Below are positions 1 through 12,814 of a DNA stretch of 64,000 nt, piece by piece. The DNA lies in the NCBI RefSeq assembly GCF_022045235.1, contig NW_027266265.1:248001-312000 (forward strand), in the 5' to 3' direction. The notes beneath the pieces are model-generated. The model saw nothing but the letters and a program-made list of their open reading frames with translations. It was not told where the DNA came from and did no database searches. The DNA is from Haliotis cracherodii (taxonomy: Eukaryota). The position numbers were made by a program, and so were the translations under genes. Position 1 is the stretch's first letter; every line of letters starts with the position of its first letter.

Positions 1-2
1 GA

Positions 3-3000
3 GACAGTGGCTGTACTGGCGTAATAGTGAGGAGGTCAAAGGTAGAGGATGAATGTTTGTCCTCAGAAACACAATCTTGTAAGTTGGCTGATAGTAGGGT
101 GCTAATACTTCCCGTAGCATGGATTACCGTGGACACACCCTTTTATACTGGAAAGGTAAGAGCTGCATGTATGGACACACCACTCTGTGACCTGATATTA
201 GGCAATATTCCAGGAGTGAGAGAACCAAGCGATCCAGATCAGACGTGGGATAAGGATGATATCCAGATGGTAAGTGCTGTGGAAACAAGAGGCCAAAGAA
301 GAGTAAGACAAGAAGGCATGAAACCACTGAAGGCACTGAAACCTGTGGGGCTGACATTGAGTCGAGGTGAGTTCATTACCCAGCAACAACAGGATTCCAG
401 TTTGGACAAAGTCAGGAAATTAGTGGAGGAAGGGAAAATTAGGGAGACCAGGCATAGTACTTCCTCTTACTATATTGAGAATGATATGCTCTATAGGAAG
501 CATACCTTCACCAAGTTTGACAAGGGTAAGCAAGTTGTACAGGCAGTTGTACCAGTCGGGCTGCGTACCCAAGTGATGAAAGTAAGCCATGAAGCATTGA
601 TGGGAGGGCACCTTGGAATCAAAAAGACTTTAGATCGGGTTATGTCTCAGTTTTATTGGCCAGGAATAATGGGTGATGTTAGAAGACATGTGCTGTCCTG
701 TGATATTTGTCAACGCACAACCCCCAAGGGCAAGGTAAGAAGAATACCACTAGGACAAATGCCATTAATCGAAGTACCATTTGAGAGAATAGCCGTTGAC
801 CTGATAGGCCCGTTGTATCCTGTCACTGACAAAGGTAATAGGTATCTTTTGACGGTAGTTGACTATGCTACCAGATACCCAGAGGCAGTACCTTTGCCAA
901 GGATTGAAACTGAGTATGTTGCTGAAGCTCTTTTCGAAATATTCAGTAGAGTAGGTATCCCCAAGGAGATCTTGACGGACATGGGAGCCCAGTTCACTTC
1001 AGGTGTAATGAAGGAGGTAAGTAGATTATTATCCTTGCATCAGCTAACTACTACCCCATATCATCCAATGTGTAATGGCCTTGTGGAAAAATTCAACGGT
1101 ACTCTGAAGACAATGTTGAAACGAATGTGTGCAGAACGGCCATATGACTGGGACAGGTATGTAGCTGCTTTGTTATTTGCATACCGAGAAGTACCTCAAG
1201 AGAGTTTGGGATTTGCTCCCTTTGAACTACTGTACGGGCGTACAGTTAGAGGGCCAGTGCAGATTCTCAGAGAAATCTGGACTAAAGACATACAAAATCC
1301 TGAGGTAAGAACTACTTATGAGTATGTGTTAGATTTGCAAAACCGACTGGAAGATACTATTCATATAGCACAACAAGAACTAAAAAAAAAATCAGGTAAG
1401 TACAAAAAGTTCTTTGATGCAAAATCACAAGCACAGAAAATGAAAGTAGGTGACAAAGTGTTACTTCTGTTACCTACCGATTCCAACAAACTCCTACTCC
1501 AGTGGAAAGGACCATATGAAATCTTGGAGGCCTTTGGTATTGGCAATTACAGAATACAGGTAGGTAATAAGACTAAAACCTATCATGCAAACCTACTGAA
1601 AAAGTACATTGACCGAGAGGAGATCAAGGACACAACTGTATGTGACGTCAGCATAGCTCACCTGATGTATGCTAGTGCCGGGCTGGTAGATGTCAAAGCG
1701 GAAGAGGTAAGTATGCTAGACATAGTTTCACCTGCGCTAGTTTCAAAAGAAACATATCAGGATGTAGACATTTCCAAGAACCTGACAGAAGAACAACAAA
1801 TTGAGGTGAGAGAGCTCGTAAGTGAATTCAGGGATGTGCTGAGTGATTTACCAGGGAAGGTAGACTGTATGCAGTATAAGATCAAGTTGACATGCAATGA
1901 GCCTATAAGATCCAAACCATATCCGCTTCCACATCACATGAGGGACGTTGTCGCCAAAGAGATACAATCAATGTTAGATATGGGGGTGATAGAACCCTCT
2001 CACTCACCATATGCTTCCCCCATTGTACTTGTGAAGAAGGCTGATGAGACTTACAGATTTTGTACCGATTTTCGCAAGTTGAATCAAGTAACGGTCTTTG
2101 ATGCAGAACCAATTCCATTAGCCGATTCCGTATTTGCAAGGCTTCGACACTGTAAGTACCTAACCAAAATTGATGTGAGCAAGGCATATTGGCAGATCCC
2201 AATGGAAGAGAGTAGCAAAGAACTGACGGCTTTTATAACCCCTGATGGGTTATACCAATGGAAGGTGATGCCATTTGGAGTTGTCAACGCACCAGCAGTA
2301 TTTTCCCGACTCATGAGGCAAGTATTACATAGCATACCTAACACTGACAACTACATAGACGACATCATAGAAGGAACAGAGGAATGGTCACCTCATGTGG
2401 TAAGTCTGAGAGACATATTTACAAGGTTAAGGCAATTTCATCTTACAGCTCGACCATCAAAGGTAAAAATAGGATACAAACAGTTGGAGTTTTTGGGACA
2501 CAGGGTTGGGAGTGGCCTAATTCAGCCGGAGGGTAAGAATGTGGAGAAAATCCTAAATGTTGAACGACCACAAACTAAGAAACAGGTCAGAGCTTTGCTA
2601 GGATTAACTGGGTACTACCGGAAATTCATCCCAAATTATGCAGCCATAGCAGTGCCTCTGACTGATCTTACCAAGAAGGGCAAATCAAACAAGGTAGTAT
2701 GGACAGAGAGTCAAGAGTTAGCTTTCACGACGTTGAAAACACACATGTCAAGTTTTCCAATCTTGAAACTGCCAGACTTGGAGAAAACATTCCTAGTAAG
2801 AAGTGATGCTTCTGACGTCGGAATCGGAGCTGTTCTTTTACAAGAACAGGAAGGTGAGCGGTTTCCAATAATGTACGTGAGTCGAAAGTTGGCAGAACGT
2901 GAGAGGGCGTACTCTACCATAGAAAAGGAGTGTTTGGCAATAGTATGGGCAATACAGAAGTTAGAAAGATATTTGTATGGGCGGGAGTTCATTCTTGAAA

Positions 3001-3101
3001 CGGACCATCAACCCTTAGTATGGATGACCAAAGCCAAGTTGACCAATGGACGAGTGATGAGGTGGGCTCTAACTTTACAAACTGTATGTCTTGATGATTA
3101 G
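3..3101 (+). CDS. pol: Ty3/Gypsy LTR-retrotransposon pol polyprotein, Gmr1-type domain order PR-IN-RT-RNaseH; 5'-partial and truncated at the RNase H end
   Basis: Frame is open from the window edge. DSG protease motif at nt 3-11. Integrase HHCC (HEALMGGH..CDIC), D..D-x35-E (IAVDLIG, LTDMG..NGLVE) and WKGPY. RT YIDD at 2352-2363. RNase H DASDVGIGAVLLQ..EKECLAIVW..TDH. Confidence 0.95.
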   Translation, partial: DSGCTGVIVRRSKVEDECLSSETQSCKLADSRVLILPVAWITVDTPFYTGKVRAACMDTPLCDLILGNIPGVREPSDPDQTWDKDDIQMVSAVETRGQRRVRQEGMKPLKALKPVGLTLSRGEFITQQQQDSSLDKVRKLVEEGKIRETRHSTSSYYIENDMLYRKHTFTKFDKGKQVVQAVVPVGLRTQVMKVSHEALMGGHLGIKKTLDRVMSQFYWPGIMGDVRRHVLSCDICQRTTPKGKVRRIPLGQMPLIEVPFERIAVDLIGPLYPVTDKGNRYLLTVVDYATRYPEAVPLPRIETEYVAEALFEIFSRVGIPKEILTDMGAQFTSGVMKEVSRLLSLHQLTTTPYHPMCNGLVEKFNGTLKTMLKRMCAERPYDWDRYVAALLFAYREVPQESLGFAPFELLYGRTVRGPVQILREIWTKDIQNPEVRTTYEYVLDLQNRLEDTIHIAQQELKKKSGKYKKFFDAKSQAQKMKVGDKVLLLLPTDSNKLLLQWKGPYEILEAFGIGNYRIQVGNKTKTYHANLLKKYIDREEIKDTTVCDVSIAHLMYASAGLVDVKAEEVSMLDIVSPALVSKETYQDVDISKNLTEEQQIEVRELVSEFRDVLSDLPGKVDCMQYKIKLTCNEPIRSKPYPLPHHMRDVVAKEIQSMLDMGVIEPSHSPYASPIVLVKKADETYRFCTDFRKLNQVTVFDAEPIPLADSVFARLRHCKYLTKIDVSKAYWQIPMEESSKELTAFITPDGLYQWKVMPFGVVNAPAVFSRLMRQVLHSIPNTDNYIDDIIEGTEEWSPHVVSLRDIFTRLRQFHLTARPSKVKIGYKQLEFLGHRVGSGLIQPEGKNVEKILNVERPQTKKQVRALLGLTGYYRKFIPNYAAIAVPLTDLTKKGKSNKVVWTESQELAFTTLKTHMSSFPILKLPDLEKTFLVRSDASDVGIGAVLLQEQEGERFPIMYVSRKLAERERAYSTIEKECLAIVWAIQKLERYLYGREFILETDHQPLVWMTKAKLTNGRVMRWALTLQTVCLDD

Positions 3102-4253
3102 AGAGTGGTGAATAATAAACTGACAACTTTCATGTCTAGATGGTAATATTATGACAATAATAAAACACATCCGAAGGCATTTTTGTCACTGATGCGTCAA
3201 ATTTGGAAATTATTATCGTATTATACATTTATATACCGCAGGTATTCGGGTACTAGTATCTTCTCAATTGCGATTTTATTTGTTCCCCGACCAGTGGATC
3301 CGTTTGCATACCAGTTATCTTCTCAACTCCATGAGGAGTATTCAACCCAAGCAGGGTGACACCACACGTTTTGACACTTATGTTTTGGGTGTATGTAGGT
3401 ATCCGTGTTTCCGCCATCTGGCCATCTACCATCGGACGAGTGGGTTCTTTTGAGTGCATACGGTGTATAGAAGTAGTGTCAACACTATAAGGACCTGTAA
3501 AACTTGTTGGTCCCAAGGCTGAATAAATACCAGGTAACTAGCGGGATACGATCTCACCACCTGGCGCTTTTGACCGTTTTATATCATTTTGAAAGCCATA
3601 CTGATGCTTGAATGTTGTAACCTTGATCAAACAACTTTTCAGCAAGAGTTGTATGACCCTCTTACTTGACCCTCATGGTGCCTGGCCGTCAGCTGGATTT
3701 GTATGCCGCTGTCCCGCACTGTGATGACGTCTAGGATTAATACAAAGTGTATTACAACGTTCTTATTTCTGCACACAGTGTAAACAAATTGTCTAACATT
3801 CAGCCAGAGTTGATGGTCTCTCCAACAGTCATGACAGTATCTACATTCAGCAAATCCAAAACGTGTTGACTGCCTCGCCCTGGATGAAAGTACCGGTATT
3901 CTTAGTTTGCTACTTTTTTATGTTAATTGTAACATTGAGGCAAGTAAAGTCGAGCAAGCACCCTTGTTTGAAATCTAGATCTCGAATAATTCATATCATT
4001 GTAGAAAGTACATATCCTAACCTGGACATATGACATTTAGTCAAAGTATACATTCACTGAAAATATCCGTGAGTTTAATTTACCGATAAAAATTTGAAAT
4101 TGTTTAGGGTTTTTTGTTTCTTTTTTTTATATGTAAAAATAAGATTAGTTCATACGCAAACTGTTTCAAAGATTATGTGATGATACGAATGACATCATGG
4201 ATAATATATCTTAATGAAAGCCCATTTACGTCCATGTAGGTTCAAGTGTCAGA

Positions 4254-4430
4254 GGGGCGGTCGTGTAGCCTAGTGGTTAAAGCGTTCGCTTGTCACGCGG
4301 AATACCCGGGTTCGATTCCCCATTCCCCATTACAATATGTCAAGCCCCTTTTCTGCCCCCCATCCCCCCCCCAAACCCCACCCCACCGTGATAGTGCGGG
4401 AATATTGCTAAAACCATACTCACTCACTCC
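4254..4430 (+). mobile_element. tRNA(Asp)-derived SINE
   Basis: A-box TAGCCTAGTGGTTAAAGCG, anticodon arm CGCTTGTCACGCG, B-box GGGTTCGATTCCC, non-tRNA body, GGAATATTGCTAAAA tail and (CACT)n end. Confidence 0.85.
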
Positions 4431-4439
4431 AGTCTTCTT

Positions 4440-4675
4440 CCATCTGTAATTGTGTTACTTGTTAGACACACACAAGCTTTCTATCTGTGTTCACTTTGTA
4501 TTTGTATTTGATGTAATATGTACAAACATATCATTTAAATAATGTCTATATCGATGACGTCACATCCTTCATTTCAATATGTAATATATGTTGTATGGGA
4601 GCGGTGTTAACATAAGCTGTAAAGCTTGTTCACCAATCCTAACTCATTCCAATGAATAAAAATATGTTTAAACCA
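4440..4675 (+). mobile_element. CR1-like LINE 3' UTR/tail fragment
   Basis: GGGAG..TAAGC..GCTT..ATCC hairpin followed by AATAAA..TGTTTAAA, the same architecture as the CR1 ends near 12730-12810 and 61190-61300. Confidence 0.45.
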
Positions 4676-4825
4676 TTTGTAATTGTGTTATGAATGGTAT
4701 AAATTCTCTTGAAAACTGCATCAATGTTGGCCTCTTTCTTTAAGAGTTTCTGGATTTTGTGGCTAACTGTTCCAAAGTATGGGAGGCTGATCACAAAGGG
4801 TGCAGATTGTTGAGAGGGAAATTTC
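4676..4825 (-). pseudogene. Possible Penelope-like RT C-terminal fragment
   Basis: ISLPYFGTVSHKIQKLLKKEANIDAVFK resembles the PLE LPY..S.KI...L....I...FK motif. The match is short. Confidence 0.35.
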
Positions 4826-4859
4826 TGAGATTTCTTCTTTTTTTTCTTCTTTTTTCTCT

Positions 4860-6700
4860 CTATATTTTTTTTTTCAATCATTTTACATTTATTTGATAAA
4901 ATGTGACATTCCAGTACATAGTTGATTAATCATCTAAATAGATGATGGCAAGTTGACAAAAATTTATAGAATAGGCCAATGTCACACTCAATAATCGCTG
5001 CACATTTAGTAAGGTTGTAGTAGTTGCTTATTTCCTTCTGAACGACTTGAAATGACGGGAGTCTCTTATTTAACTTACTTTTAAATATAAGAGCTTTTGT
5101 TATCAAAAAGATGATATTTAGAGGGTCATTGCGCTTTTCTGGAAAACCAGTCATCACATGTTTCTTTGTAATTTCGAGTTGGATGTTAGCCTTTTGAAGT
5201 AGCCAAACTTCAAGTTGACGCCAGATTTGCTGAACAATATTACAGGACCAGAAAAGATGGATTGGGGTCTCGATATCAACTGAACAAAAACTGCAATTTC
5301 GACTTTCAACATAACCTAATTTACACAAGAGAACATTAGTCGGAAGTATATGATGAAGTATTTTGTATTGGAGCCATTGCAGTTTAGTGTCTCTCGTACA
5401 TAGCAAAGGCATTATATTGAATTGGGACCAGTTATCAGTTGAATCATCCTTTAGAATATTCTTTTCCCATTCCGTACAGTGTACATTTTTTGTAGTGATA
5501 TCTGAAATTAGTAAGTTGTAGAAGCATTTCGATCCATTTGCAAATTTAAGCACATTTTCGATACTTGGGGGTATAATTGGATTTTGCAACTTGTTCAATT
5601 CTTCTAGTTCAACATTACTTGCCTTGAAATAGTGTTTAATGGCCACGATAAGGCCGTTATATAGTAAGAAGTTCGTTTTTATCTCGAAAGATTTTGAAAA
5701 GTTGTCATACGACAGAAATTTTCTATCTTTGTCAAGTAGGTCATTTATGAAACGTACCACCTTTTAATTCCAGGTGCTATAAAAGACGGGCTTACGCCCA
5801 ATACATATATTACTGTTAAACCAAATATTATCGGCCAGTAAATGATTTGCCTTATGTTCCACTTGAGCGTTTAAATCCCACCAGGCGGTCAAAATATAAT
5901 TAACGATTTTAAAATCGTGTTTCTGCCAAGGGGAGTAAGGTTGAGGGCTGACCAAATAGACATTAACCGTTCACCTATTCTATTCCTTTCTTTATAATTT
6001 GTTACTGTCATATCATCAAGATCCTGGGTAAATATAATTCCTAGAAGGTCAAAGTCACTTTGGTCCCAACTGAGATTAAGTTGGGGGCATAATTTCATTT
6101 TTGAGCGTTTTTTTTATCCAATCCATATGAGACGCGTTTTTTCAATGTTAACTTTTAGACCTGAAAATCTGGCAAAGATGTTTAATACATTAAACACAGC
6201 AAAGAGACATTGTTCGGAAGCGTCTAAAATACATGTTGTATCGTCTGCAAACTGACTGATTAGAAATTCTACATTGTCTATCGTTACCCCTTTGATATTT
6301 TTGTTGTTTTTTATCATTATGGCAAGAATCTCTGCACAGAGAATAAATATGTATGGAGAGACTGGATCACCCTGACGACATCCCCTTTGTATATCAAACA
6401 TAGGCGAACCATAACCATTTACAAGTACACTGGATTCTATCCCGTTATATAATGTCATGAACCACGAACGTATTGATCGTCCAAAATTGAAAAAATCTAG
6501 TGTCTTATCTATGAAGGACCAGTCAACTGTATTGAATGCCTTTTCAAAGTCGATTAGTAGAAGTAGTCCAGGAATTTGGTGTGATTCTGTGTATTCTATA
6601 AGGTCATAAATTAATCTCGTTATCTCGCCGATGTACCTTCCAGACATAAAGCCTATTTTGGTCGTCGCTAATTAATATAAGGAGCACAGATTTAATTCTC
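4860..6700 (-). pseudogene. Tx1/L1-clade LINE ORF2 (RT + C-terminal Zn finger), frameshifted and internally deleted
   Basis: IDFEKAFNTVDW, GCRQGDPVSPYIF and SQFADDTT (6114..6647); CSFCSVDIETPIHLFWSC (4930..5760). Confidence 0.9.
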
Positions 6701-7259
6701 TTGATTCTGAGATTTCTTGGTGATGTTCTGTATTGTCTGTTATACTATGTTTTCAGGGTATTGGTTGTAGGGGTGGTTTCGTTCGTTTACAACTGCCGTC
6801 ACGGACGGACGCCATTTTTTACTTCTTGATTGCTATAACCAAACAAATATCAACAAATTCAATCGCATCAGCCCACATCAACCTACACAGCCAGCCAGCA
6901 TCAAAAGTGGGATCGAACAAGCACTAGTGTTATCGGACAATTAGTCTGTAGCCGGTGTAGTAGGCTCAAACGACTCCCCCTAAATGTGACTCTAGAGTCA
7001 TATGGACCTAGAGCCAGAAGACACTGTTATTAGCTCTACTCTGTTCTATTCTCGTGACAGATTTTAGTGTACAGAGCCATTCATTTGTTTGGGAGAGACA
7101 GTTAAAACACATGGTACTGCATAGCAATCATAAAATGCTGAATATACTGATTTGTAAAGATATGATTTCTGAGTCGACTTTCGTAAAATCAGTAAGACAA
7201 CATTACAGGTCATTATGCGAATTTCCTGCTCCAAATCCCAGTAGACGACCCTACTTGTA

Positions 7260-8110
7260 TATTTAAAGCAACATTGGTCGATGAGGCAACATTCGTCTAA
7301 GCGATCTAGTCAAGTACAGATAAAGGGTTGAGACTGAAAGAACAGGGCAAATGTTTATACAGTGCATAGTGGTAGTGAGATTATGATTACCATTTGTTAG
7401 ATTTGTCAAACAGACTATCCACTCACACTTCCTTTTAAAATCATAGACAAGCATGTATTATATGACCTCTTCCGGTCAGGTAAAACACATTCCTTAAATA
7501 CTTGGTAAATTTTGATTCACAAACACAACTACCTAAACTACACAACTACCTAAACGAAAACCAAATAGATAACCTCCAACAAAACCGCAAACCATCAAAT
7601 ATATTTACCCCAAAACTAAAAATCCCCAAAATAGACACATCTCTGGCAAACTCAATAAACAAACAAACCGATCCAAACATAGCTAAATCCACCACACTAG
7701 CTTACATACACGAAAACTGGCCAAAATGGTGCCACATCTACACAGACGGATCTTCCGATCCGATCACAAATCGTACAGGTTTCGGAGTCCACATAGCACA
7801 ACCAAATAGGAACACACAATCTTATCGACTCCCAAACAACCAATCCATCTTCACTGCAGAGTTAATGGGCATAGCATCCGCCCTCCATAACCAACATGCT
7901 AAAAAACATAAAAAAAATCCTAATACTCACAGACTCACTAAGTGGACTACAGGCCCTCCAAAATAAAAACACCAAAAACCGCCCTAAACCATGGCCCCTA
8001 AACTCATTAACCAAATACTCAAAAGCGCAAATAACTTAACAGAGGCAGGCAAACAAATAGCATTTATCTGGATCCCAGCCCACGTAGGAATATATGGCAG
8101 GGAATGGTGA
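7260..8110 (+). pseudogene. I/Nimb-clade LINE ORF2 fragment with RNase H
   Basis: HIYTDGS..SIFTAELMGI (7502..7966) and WIPAHVG near 8088. The strand is A/C-rich. Confidence 0.8.
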
Positions 8111-8700
8111 CGCTAATCTCGAACAGTAAAGAAATGGAAAGTAACATTCAATCACTGAACAATAAACTGGACGAGAAGAACCTAATAATCCAAAATCTAA
8201 ATGATCGCCTAGATCGAAGCGAACAATACTCCCGCCGCATGTTCGCATTGCAGGCATCACCGAACAAGAGGGAGAGAGTACTGATGATATCGTTATCGAT
8301 ATCTCGAAATCAATAGGTGTGGATGTATCCCCAGGAGATATCGACAACAGTCACAGGTTACCCAGGCGACGGGCTGCCCCCCAGGAGAGACCCCGCCCGA
8401 TCATCGTCAGGTCGGTGAGTAACGCGACAAAACGCTCGCTTCTTCAATCCAGAGCAAAACTAAAACTTGTGAAACGCGACCCAAATACGCCCAGAATTTT
8501 TATCAATGAAGATCTGAGGAAACCAAGGGCTGATATTGCCATACAAGCACGACGATTAGTTTCCGAGGTAAGGTTCGAATCTACAAGGGTCACCGGTGGA
8601 GTAATCCTCACTTATCTAAGGACGGGAGCGTGAAAAGTTGCTAATAACGCTCAGTTTGAGGAAGTGATCGGAGCAACAGAGCTTAAAATGGTTATCTCCC
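8104..8700 (+). pseudogene. LINE ORF1 (coiled coil + RRM, L1/CR1 ORF1-like) fragment
   Basis: Coiled coil ..LDRSEQYSRR, then DIDNSHRL..RPRPIIVR..IFINEDL. Confidence 0.7.
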
Positions 8701-9230
8701 TTAGCCAAGACAAAATGATTGACCATTCATAGTGAAATATATGTGACAATGGAACTAAAACTATTACATGTACCATTTAACTGTTTCTTTAAATTGTGAT
8801 TAGTCTATGTACTGAACTTCACAATTGTTTACTCATCCAGTGGGACTCTATCTATGACGTGATTATAGCCAGTCAAAAACTACTGAGAAATCATGTTCGG
8901 TTGTGAATTCTTCCTGTGATTTTACCAAATCAGAGGTATTATATCAATGTATTGATAATGATACATACATTGAAATCTACAATCTCTCACAAAACATTAA
9001 TGCAATGTGTATCTTCAGATTATGTCTTCATATTTTCATGAGTAAATTGTCATGTAAATTCAACAAGTAAAAAACCTTCGAACTATTGAACCATAACTAC
9101 TCAACATCAATGTATGTGGCTTGATCTATATCATTTCGTACTTCATGGTGTTACCTTCACAAGTGATGTGAGCACACCCAGGGATTAAAGCTTTGAAGTT
9201 GTTCAGTCATGCGTGCTCAACATAAGTGTA

Positions 9231-9264
9231 TGTTATGTTATGTTATGTTATGTTATGTTATGTT
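9231..9264. repeat. (TGTTA)n microsatellite
   Basis: About 7 perfect units. Confidence 0.95.
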
Positions 9265-10227
9265 TGTTATATTCCATTTAATGTGAATTTAAATGTTGAA
9301 CCCACTTATTTAGATGTATAACGGACTGAAGTTATTTTGTTTGCTGAAGGTGTATGCAAACTGAGATATATTTTCTCTTATTCAACTAAGCACTATTTTT
9401 GTATGATCTACCTAGAAGTGGATCAGACCAAACAGAGTAGAATATTTTGCACACTCTTGGATTTTGTTTTATTTTTTGTTTATTTAGTTTAATATACACT
9501 GTGGCTACTCGAATATTATTTCTTAAAAATAAAGATCGATAAAAAAAAAGAGGAAAAAGAAAATGAATTAAAACATTGTGCAGGTAAAGGTAAAAGGTGT
9601 GCATGTGTGCGCTTGTATAGATATATGTGTAGGTATGTAGTTATGTATGATAGTGGGGCAGGCAATGTGTGTATGTATGCCGTAATTCAACATAGTATTT
9701 TAGATCTTCCACATATTCAATGAGTATTATCACCTTAGCGACGGTCAGAAGCCAGTGTGTGTTCGGGGATCCATAGCCCTTGTTTGTATCACGTGTCAAC
9801 AAGCACATGTCCACGCGCTGTCCTGTTGTACCCTCGTCGGTTCATGCACGTGCATCTCGGTATACACGGACGGACCTCAATCATTACCGTCACGTGACAC
9901 CTGATCTGTTACCAGTTGGATTGTCCACAAAAGTACTTTAATGCAGATTACCCAATTAATCTTCTTTATTATTATTTTTTTTCAACATGATTCTTCAACC
10001 GAAAATTTAGATTGATGTATAAAGATTTTGTTTATGTTTCAAATGTTCATTTTGTATTTGTCATGATTTGTCTGTGGGTGTTCTGACATTCTTTCGCTGT
10101 GTAGTGTTCACTCAGCTTTCTATTGTCAGTATTTGGTTATATCTAGTGCACTTCAGCATTGCAAACTTATACTTCACGCGTAACCTCCCCGCCTGCCTCT
10201 GAAGAAAACAAACATATTCTGTAACAA

Positions 10228-12810
10228 ATGATGCCAGTTGATACAGCACATTATAGACAGGCGGTGTGGTTATTTGCTTCTAATCTTTACAGCAAAGCAC
10301 CTTGCAAATTTACTAAGTACTTGCTGTTTCTCTCTTCCTGTTGTATCTATAAGCTAAGGACGTCTATAATAGCAGTGATACTTCTCTTATGTTGCGGGGA
10401 TGTGCACCCAAACCCTGGGCCAGTAATATATGGTAATTTACAGGACAACGTAGATCTACTCTGCACCGAAACTTGGCTGCATGACGGCATACCTACTGTT
10501 GATATTTCAATTCCAGGCTTCCATTCGTCAATTAGAAAAGATGGACCATGTCGAGGCGGGGGTGAAGCTATATATGTAAAAAACAATTTATATGTTAAAC
10601 ACATGGATCATCTGCGCGCAAATGGACTCGAAGCATTATGGGTACAGGTAAGATGCAAGGCCAGTAAATACGTAGGAGGGACATTATATATGGCAGACAG
10701 AATCAAGGCTTACTGGGAGTTGATAGATCAGTCAATATGTAACGCAATACATTTGAATATACCAACTATTATAACTGGGGACTGTAATCTAGATATTCTT
10801 AGAGAGAGTAAGAAAAAATCAGATCACTTAAGCAATAAATGGGTTGACCCACATTATAACTGAGCCCACCAGGATTACACCTACCCCCAGAACTTTGATT
10901 GATTTATTGTTCGTGACTAATGTAGACAGTGTGTGGAGTTCGGGTGTATCCGATCCTATATGCAGTGATCATTGTCCCATATTCGTAAAAATTAAGGAAA
11001 CATACCTAGCAAAAATGAAAAGTCTACATTTACAACATGGCTCATTATGACGAAGTTATTGATAGCTTAACTGAGACAAAGAGGGATCATTTGTTATCAT
11101 CCAGAAATGTTGACGTTATGGTAGAATGTTTTACCCGGACAATTATTGACGTATGTAATGATATTATTCCTAACAAATGTGTAACAATTAGACCTAACGA
11201 TCAACTATGAATCACTGGTGAGATACGTCGACTGATCAGGAAACGTAACAGAATTCATAAGGTTGCTAAAAAGCTAACTTAGATTCTGAACCGTGTTATC
11301 TCCTATGTTCGCACTGTAAAGTGAAATATGTACTCAAGATTGATAGTAAGATTAATGATGCGTACGGTGAAAAAGTATGGTCGCGGCTAGTGAAAAACTA
11401 TTTAAGGGGCACCAGTAATACAACATTCCCTCCCATTAATTACCACGATATACTATATGTTGATACAAGAGATTTTGCAAAAGTTAAATATCTTTTATAA
11501 AATGGTTAACAATCTAGTACCAGTTTATCTCTCATCCTTAGTTACAAATAGAGTGTCGGATGCAAGTGATTATTACTTGAGAAACTGCTCACAGCTGCGA
11601 AACATAAAGTGTAAAACAAATAATTATGCCAAATCATTTATTCCAGATACAGTTAATATTTGGAACTCACTACCTATTGAATACACCAATGCCAGTATCT
11701 TAGGAAGTTCCAAAAGTTTTATAAAAATCAACGATAAGAAATGTAAAGTATGGATCAAGATTCTGTCAGGTTATACACTCCCGTCTCAGGCTTGGCAGCA
11801 GTGATCGTTACGCCTTAATTACTTACACTGGAGATTTTACGTGCGCTTTCCTACTGTAGCGTATTTCGCACACGGGCCTGGCCAGACCATTTAGTGTGTG
11901 TCCGAAAGTGGTGAAAGATTTTGCAACCCAGAGGGGGAGTTTAGTGGTTGCTTAGAAAAATTTTGTTTTTGAAATTTTTAGATTTGGAATAAATGCCAAG
12001 TGTGGTTGGTGGTTTTATATGGTTTGTTTGTTTGGGGTTTGGGTTAGATGCGCTTGATTAGGTCGGTTTTAATTAGGAATACGCCTAAGGCTTTGAATTC
12101 TTCTGTTTTATTTTTGGGGTTAAGTATAGTTGGTAACGTAAGAGCCTTATTTAGTTTGGTCTGTAAAATATTTCTATGTGTCTGGTAGTGGGTGCAGTGT
12201 ATGAGTGCGTGTTCTGGTGTTTCTAGTTGTTTGCAGTGTGGGCAGTTTCCTGTTGCGTGTTTTTTTAATTTTATTATTTCTTATTCGTTACGCCGACAAA
12301 GTTGCCACATTTATATCCGACAGATCGAGATGTTGTTGTGGCTATCATACGGAAGATGCACTTCATTTCTTTCTTACGCGTCCCTTAAACAGTACAGTAA
12401 GGCAAAATATGTAATATTTCGTAAAACGCTACGATTTAGATTCAATTCTAAATGGTAATTCACATTTAACGACAGTAACAAATCTTGAAATTTGGAAATC
12501 AGTGCACAGTTTTATTCTATCTTTAGAGATTTTGTCTGAGACGTTGGCTTTGCTATATGAAACTGCGTTATTGTTGTGCTGGATATAAATAATAATGTAA
12601 CTGTAGTTACGAAAGATAACCCAGTAATTAAAAACTTACAGAACAATACTCATCTTTAATGCTAATTATACAATGTATGCTATTTCTCATGTCACTTTCA
12701 ATACATTGTAATTTGTATATGTATCATGTTTGGGAGAGGCATTCAGATAAGCAAAATTGACTTCGGCCAATCCCTGTACTTTATGGAGATAAATATGTTT
12801 ATATCACAGT
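10228..12810 (+). mobile_element. CR1-clade LINE relic: APE endonuclease, RT core deleted, C-terminus and 3' tail
   Basis: GDVHPNPGP, TETWL, RGGGEAIYVK, ITGDCN, EPTRIT..LIDL..SDHCP; IFYKMVNNLVP; RLRLGSSD / CCGYHTEDALHFF split by an insertion. Confidence 0.85.
11815..12284 (-). mobile_element. 5'-truncated I/Nimb-like LINE 3' end inserted into CR1, with a 10-bp TSD
   Basis: TCGTTACGCC at 11805-11814 and 12285-12294. The minus strand encodes CPHCKQLETPEHALIHC and ends in a structured tail ..GCGCACGTAAAA. Confidence 0.85.
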
Positions 12811-12814
12811 ATTA

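Noticed and set aside
3640-3895. ~85-codon stop-free stretch on the minus strand containing CRYCHDCW
   Set aside because: No assignable motif, and this length could arise by chance.
4254-4330. Functional tRNA-Asp(GTC) gene
   Set aside because: There is no acceptor-stem complement or T-run terminator, and the sequence continues into a SINE body and tail.
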